A stretch of 52,438 nt of DNA, from the IMG/VR virus record IMGVR_UViG_3300023179_000147, positions 1 to 52,438 of that record; one strand, given 5' to 3'. Shown piece by piece: positions 48,612 through 52,438 of this stretch. How positions within the stretch are numbered: the stretch's first letter is position 1; every line of letters begins with the position of its first letter. The translations under genes were made by a program, and so were the position numbers. Below the pieces are notes generated by a model. It saw only the letters and a list, made by a program, of their open reading frames with translations, did no database searches and was not told the origin of the DNA. This DNA is from a virus. Lineage: Duplodnaviria; Caudoviricetes.

Positions 48612-49982
48612 CTACGTTCGTTTAAACTGGTGGCGGTGATTCCCAGTGTAAGGGATTGCATTGGTCATTGTGTATATGTTGTACTGTCTTGTTGTTCCGC
48701 CTGCGTCTGTTACTCCGAGGTTCGTCAATGAATAATTTGACGTCACTACAGCATTGAGTGCGTCAAGGTCTACTACCTCTGTGACGGTGTGAGATTGAGG
48801 TAGAGCAATTGTGAAATTTCTCTGAACGTTTCCAGTGTTGAGTATGAGTGGGTCAGCAGCGTCAGTAAAAACGTGGCTGGCTAAAGACCTCACGTCAGAA
48901 GAAGTGGCTGGGACAGCACTGGTGGGGCCATACCAGATCGTGTCAAGCAAGTGGACGATCACAGGAGGTGAATACGTCGTGGCGTAGATGTCATCAACTA
49001 CGACTCGGTAGTATATGATCGTCTCGCTGACCAGTGTGGGATCACTGTGCAGAGTCGTAGGTATTGTAATTAAAGCAGGATTACCAAGTACCTGCACAGC
49101 TGAAAGACCAGGCACAACAGACCATACTGAGTTATTCAGAGAGTACTGCACAGAATAAGAAGTTATTGGGACATTTACTCTTTGACGTGTAATTGAACCA
49201 TTTATCTGAGAGTCAGTGTTGCCTCTCTCACGCTTAAGCGGACCCTCACCCGTAACACCGGTCGGAGTTGCGCTGATGCTAAGTGAGATCGTGGGAGGAG
49301 CATAGGATTGTGGAGTAATCGTCGAGGTTGTCGTGGTGGTCGCACCTTGTGTATCCACGACCGTGTATCTATAATTCAGCTGAGAAGTAAAGAAAGAGGG
49401 TGCGTTGAACATGTGTGATGCAGCGAATGGGTTGTCTTGGACGTTTGTAAGCAGTGCCCAAGCACCCATGCTACCCGTACGGAACTCCAACGATACAGAA
49501 GAAACACTGGCTCCCATTGAGTTGATCACGTAACTAGCACTAATGGTCGTGCTAGTCGGACCGTTGATGTTGAATTGAGTAGTGAGTGGATTCGATGTAG
49601 TGATATTGACGGTGGGGGCTATCGGCTCTGCAATAGCCATTAGGATTACCTCTGCAGGAGTCTTGCCCGTCGCTGGGATTATTTCGCCCGAAGCATAGCG
49701 GCCAAACGTCCGGCCACCCGTCAAAGATACAGTCAAGTCACTCGGAAAAACGTAGGAGCTAGATCCCGTCGAAGAGATGACCAACCCGGCGCCGGGGCCG
49801 TAATCCTGTATGCTGATGCCAGAACCCGCAGCGATATAACGAGCGGTTGGGGGCGCAAAAGGCATCGCTCCTGAAGTGACCACAAAGGGTGTCGTATTTA
49901 CATGTGAATCTATCTCTACGTGTGTGAGTGATCCGATGTTATCGAGATCCTTGTGGTCATCTATGACCCTACGTGCTGTCAT
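48612..49982 (-). CDS. Thr/Ser-rich Ig/FN3-like virion protein
   Basis: Beta-rich; YRYTVVD and YYRVVVD FN3-like strands; N-terminal DH..L.NIG..TH.EIDSH. Confidence 0.6.
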   Translation of the reverse strand: MTARRVIDDHKDLDNIGSLTHVEIDSHVNTTPFVVTSGAMPFAPPTARYIAAGSGISIQDYGPGAGLVISSTGSSSYVFPSDLTVSLTGGRTFGRYASGEIIPATGKTPAEVILMAIAEPIAPTVNITTSNPLTTQFNINGPTSTTISASYVINSMGASVSSVSLEFRTGSMGAWALLTNVQDNPFAASHMFNAPSFFTSQLNYRYTVVDTQGATTTTTSTITPQSYAPPTISLSISATPTGVTGEGPLKRERGNTDSQINGSITRQRVNVPITSYSVQYSLNNSVWSVVPGLSAVQVLGNPALITIPTTLHSDPTLVSETIIYYRVVVDDIYATTYSPPVIVHLLDTIWYGPTSAVPATSSDVRSLASHVFTDAADPLILNTGNVQRNFTIALPQSHTVTEVVDLDALNAVVTSNYSLTNLGVTDAGGTTRQYNIYTMTNAIPYTGNHRHQFKRT

Positions 49983-50029
49983 CCATCAAATTCCCGCATC
50001 AATAATACAACTCTATGATGACATGGCCT

Positions 50030-50070
50030 AAAAAAGAATGAGACCCGATGCACTTGTGCCGCAGGTCTCA
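50030..50070 (-). terminator. Intrinsic terminator
   Basis: Minus strand TGAGACC...GGTCTCA followed by TTCTTTTTT. Confidence 0.65.
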
Positions 50071-50138
50071 ACTCGTAAAGGATTTTAGACATCATGGGTC
50101 GCTAAATATGCAACACATGACTTACGGGTTACATCAGG

Positions 50139-50354
50139 TTACATTCCTGAAATTATTGACATGACTGCTGTCTTCACACGCTCTTGTAGCTCACGGGGCA
50201 ATGCAGAGAGCAAAATATAAGACTCGGATCTAACGCTCTGTTCAGGAACACCCTCAGAAAAAGAACTGAGGGTAGGAACCATCACGCGCAAAGTGATGGG
50301 TGGTGGACTCTTGTCCGAAATGAGAGTATCGTATAAATCTACTTTATTAGACAT
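50139..50354 (-). CDS. Hypothetical protein
   Basis: 71-aa ORF starting 2 nt after the upstream stop. Confidence 0.65.
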   Translation of the reverse strand: MSNKVDLYDTLISDKSPPPITLRVMVPTLSSFSEGVPEQSVRSESYILLSALPRELQERVKTAVMSIISGM

Positions 50355-50356
50355 GT

Positions 50357-50542
50357 TTAACCCTTGAGAAGTGATTTGGCTTCGTTCAACGCTTGTGATT
50401 GAGCAAAGAAACGCTGTCTTAGCCCAGTAAGCAATTCATTCAACTTGTGGACACCCGCCAAATCGCCAACAGCGTTACACTCGGCAAGAGCCGCCTCCGC
50501 CTTCTGGATCTCTTCTAGTAAACTGTGATTGGTTGCTGACAT
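50357..50542 (-). CDS. Hypothetical helical protein
   Basis: Start at ATG 50542 with GAGGA SD; the longer track ORF runs into the tmRNA. Confidence 0.65.
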   Translation of the reverse strand: MSATNHSLLEEIQKAEAALAECNAVGDLAGVHKLNELLTGLRQRFFAQSQALNEAKSLLKG

Positions 50543-50563
50543 ATTTCCTCTTCTCTTTAATTG

Positions 50564-50934
50564 TGGAGGTGCCCGGAATCGAACCGGGGTCCAACACAAC
50601 TCAATCATACTCCTCTTTCACAGGCTTGGAATGGATTTATCGACACCATCCTCGTCTAGAGAGTTCCAGGTTTATACCTCAGCCCGGGGCTCTCAACCTA
50701 AAAGGTCCTGGGCACCACCCTCCCAGGAAATCCACCCCAAACAACGGGGGGTAACTGCATTGTCTGGAACAATTCTTTTTCTAGGCTGTTCCCACCCATT
50801 CCTCAGGCCGCGAGGGCGAGAGGAGAGAGGCCGTTATCGTTGGCATCTAACGCCACTTGGATTGAAACCGGATCCTCGTGCACCGGTGCCTGCAGATTAT
50901 GCTCTTGTTGCGCTGTCGAAACCTTTTCACCCCC
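50564..50934 (-). ncRNA. ssrA: tmRNA (one-piece, 371 nt), tag ANDNGLSPLALAA
   Basis: 5' GGGGGTGAAAAGGTTTCGAC; 3' T-arm CCCGG-TTCGATT-CCGGG then CACCTCC-A; 7-bp acceptor stem with the G3-U70 alanine identity pair. Tag frame 50844..50803 with UA at -5/-4. CCA is not encoded (CAA). Confidence 0.96.
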
Positions 50935-51181
50935 GAGATTTTCTTGACTTTGCTTTATTTATGTTGCTCAGATCATCCTTTAGAATTTGAATCTTGCGAG
51001 ATTCACTCTCTGTCCAGTTCTTGAACAACAGACTCTCAGCCTTCTCCTGCTCTTTCTCAAGAGCAGACAGGATGGGTTTCTTTAACTTTTCTAGAATAGC
51101 AGCATTGTCTGCTGCATCGGCTGATCTAACAAGAGTCTCATAGACTCTCAGCAGCTCTTCGGGCGCTAGTTGTACATTCAT
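50927..51181 (-). CDS. Hypothetical protein whose stop codon lies within the tmRNA 5' end
   Basis: 84-aa helical ORF; ATGA overlap with the upstream gene; ends TCT CGG GGG TGA. Confidence 0.75.
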   Translation of the reverse strand: MNVQLAPEELLRVYETLVRSADAADNAAILEKLKKPILSALEKEQEKAESLLFKNWTESESRKIQILKDDLSNINKAKSRKSRG

Positions 51182-51735
51182 TCATCTTCTCCCGATGCTT
51201 GGAATCCCACACATGACCCCTGGGTAAAGAACGACGTCCACTGCTTTGGAAGCTTCTTTGCAATTTCAAATGTGTGGTATGATTCACCATCATATAGTGC
51301 AATCTTGCCTTCCCCACAGACGACTGCAGTGATACCTTCGATGATAACAGTCGAGTCATCGATCAGGGCATCGACCTTATTCTGATCGTCTTCGGTGATA
51401 TCAAACTCAAGTGTGACTTTATCACCAGTGGGTGATTTCACAAAGATGGGCTTAAGTCCATGTGCAGCTTCAGGTGTAACAAAGTAATCATAGTTAACAT
51501 ACTCTTCTGAGTCTTCATCATCTGAGTAGTCATCCTCTTCAGGAGGTCCATCGTCTTCATCGGATGAAGCAATTTCGCCCGTTGATTCTTCAGAATCATC
51601 AGGCTGCAGCACAGAATCAGCTAGCTCACTGAGAATTTCAAGAGCTTGTGATTGATGTTCACCCAACCCCTCGCCCGCTGTATTGTGGAATAGGATCCCG
51701 TATAGGAAGAGTGCTTCTTCTTTTGAGAGTTTCAT
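51178..51735 (-). CDS. Hypothetical acidic protein
   Basis: 185 aa, AGGAG SD, D/E-rich tract. Confidence 0.75.
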   Translation of the reverse strand: MKLSKEEALFLYGILFHNTAGEGLGEHQSQALEILSELADSVLQPDDSEESTGEIASSDEDDGPPEEDDYSDDEDSEEYVNYDYFVTPEAAHGLKPIFVKSPTGDKVTLEFDITEDDQNKVDALIDDSTVIIEGITAVVCGEGKIALYDGESYHTFEIAKKLPKQWTSFFTQGSCVGFQASGEDE

Positions 51736-51763
51736 GATCGCGTTGCTCCTGTTAAATAAGAAT

Positions 51764-51788
51764 CGGGAGCGCCATCCATGCGCTCCCG
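51764..51788 (-). terminator. Intrinsic terminator
   Basis: CGGGAGCGC..GCGCTCCCG hairpin followed on the minus strand by ATTCTTATTT. Confidence 0.6.
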
Positions 51789-51814
51789 TCCCAGTCGTCT
51801 ATCTAACTTTTAGT

Positions 51815-52078
51815 TCAGATGGACTTACCAACGAACTGATAGTGCTTCTGCAACGCTCGGTAGAGCGTACGCGCCGTACGGCCGTCGAAGCTGTAGGAAT
51901 CTCCGTCCGGGGTGTCGATGAAGAGCATCGTCGACTCACTGGTCGGGTTCGTGGTGACCGCAACGTTGACGCTGCCCTCATCACGGCGGTGGGTCTCTGT
52001 GCGGAGCTTACCGCGGCGGTCCTCACGGCTGCGGATTGAAGCGTTGCGGTTCTGTGCTGCGTAATTCTTGTTCGACAT
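51815..52078 (-). CDS. Hypothetical protein
   Basis: 87 aa, GAGGAG SD; C-terminal FDGRTARTLYRALQKHY. Confidence 0.7.
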   Translation of the reverse strand: MSNKNYAAQNRNASIRSREDRRGKLRTETHRRDEGSVNVAVTTNPTSESTMLFIDTPDGDSYSFDGRTARTLYRALQKHYQFVGKSI

Positions 52079-52079
52079 T

Positions 52080-52430
52080 TCAATATTCTCCTCGAGACGT
52101 ATTCAAGAGCGTCTCGTTGTTGTTATCATAGTAAGTCGGAGGTGCCTCCTTGTTCAAGGCCTCCATTGCGTTATTTTCTTCTTCAATCTGGACCGCTAAC
52201 ATGTCACACCACACCTTAGAGTAGACACGAGCCCTCTCGGGTGAGTGTCGATCATAGACTGAATCCTTGAAATTGTCATAGTCGACATCTGCAACGATCC
52301 GATCTAGAGCTGCCGCCCAACGGTGCTCAAGAACCGTAAACCGATAGAGATAATCAGCGCTTGGGGTCTGCTTCACGTCAGACTCCTTGAGCCCTAGAGT
52401 GTCGCCGTAACGGGCAATCAACGCCATCAT
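52080..52430 (-). CDS. Hypothetical phage protein
   Basis: GAGGTG SD; TP.ADYLYR..VDYDNFK motif. Confidence 0.7.
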   Translation of the reverse strand: MMALIARYGDTLGLKESDVKQTPSADYLYRFTVLEHRWAAALDRIVADVDYDNFKDSVYDRHSPERARVYSKVWCDMLAVQIEEENNAMEALNKEAPPTYYDNNNETLLNTSRGEY

Positions 52431-52438
52431 GTCACCTC

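Larger units (their letters stand above)
545..50109. promoter_or_regulatory. Recurrent ATA[C/G/T]TTA motif (putative late promoter)
   Basis: Minus strand at 545, 1576, 5550, 31966, 32636, 36253, 39350, 42542, 43465, 45024, 50103; plus strand at 30308, 45086, 47277; variants at 12306, 29046, 44372, 51753. Each is upstream of, and co-oriented with, a gene start. Confidence 0.8.

Noticed and set aside
50564-50600. tmRNA 3' end as a prophage attachment site
   Set aside because: No integrase, no duplicated 3' fragment seen in the window, and phage-like genes continue on both sides.
50529-50990. Plus-strand ORFs 50529..50990 and 50533..50754, and the extension of 50357..50608
   Set aside because: They overlap the tmRNA; the real start of the minus-strand gene is the SD-led ATG at 50542.
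1-52438. Stop-codon reassignment, CRISPR arrays and tRNA genes
   Set aside because: Conserved genes are full length in the standard code and end in TAA, TAG and TGA. No repeat-spacer array was seen, and the other GGTTCGA hits I noticed lie in coding sequence without cloverleaf context.

Overview
The window is a gene-dense segment of a large (jumbo-type) myophage genome, mostly on the minus strand, in the standard genetic code. From left to right it holds a free-standing Vsr/DUF559-type endonuclease and a class II ribonucleotide reductase with a 474-aa HNH intein. A T4-like replication/recombination block follows (gp41-like helicase, RNase H, RecA/UvsX, gp32-like SSB, dUTPase, HD protein, compact PolA), with a membrane protein + actin-fold ATPase pair inside it. 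Next is a contractile-tail module (baseplate hub, gp53-like wedge, giant tube-initiator-like protein, tape measure, chaperone pair, tube, two tandem sheaths, tail completion and neck proteins), then accessory virion genes, a J-domain protein and a one-piece tmRNA (tag ANDNGLSPLALAA). Main leads: (1) the stop codon of the gene upstream of the tmRNA lies inside the tmRNA acceptor stem, so 5' maturation would create a non-stop mRNA that is itself a tmRNA substrate; (2) a membrane-anchor + actin-like two-gene module; (3) a probable +1 frameshift in the tail chaperone; (4) five otherwise unrelated small proteins sharing an LRxxIxE-like helix; (5) two promoter classes (ATA[C/G/T]TTA and KTGnnn-N18-TAnnnT), several giving probably leaderless mRNAs. 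All calls come from reading motifs by eye; no database search was run.
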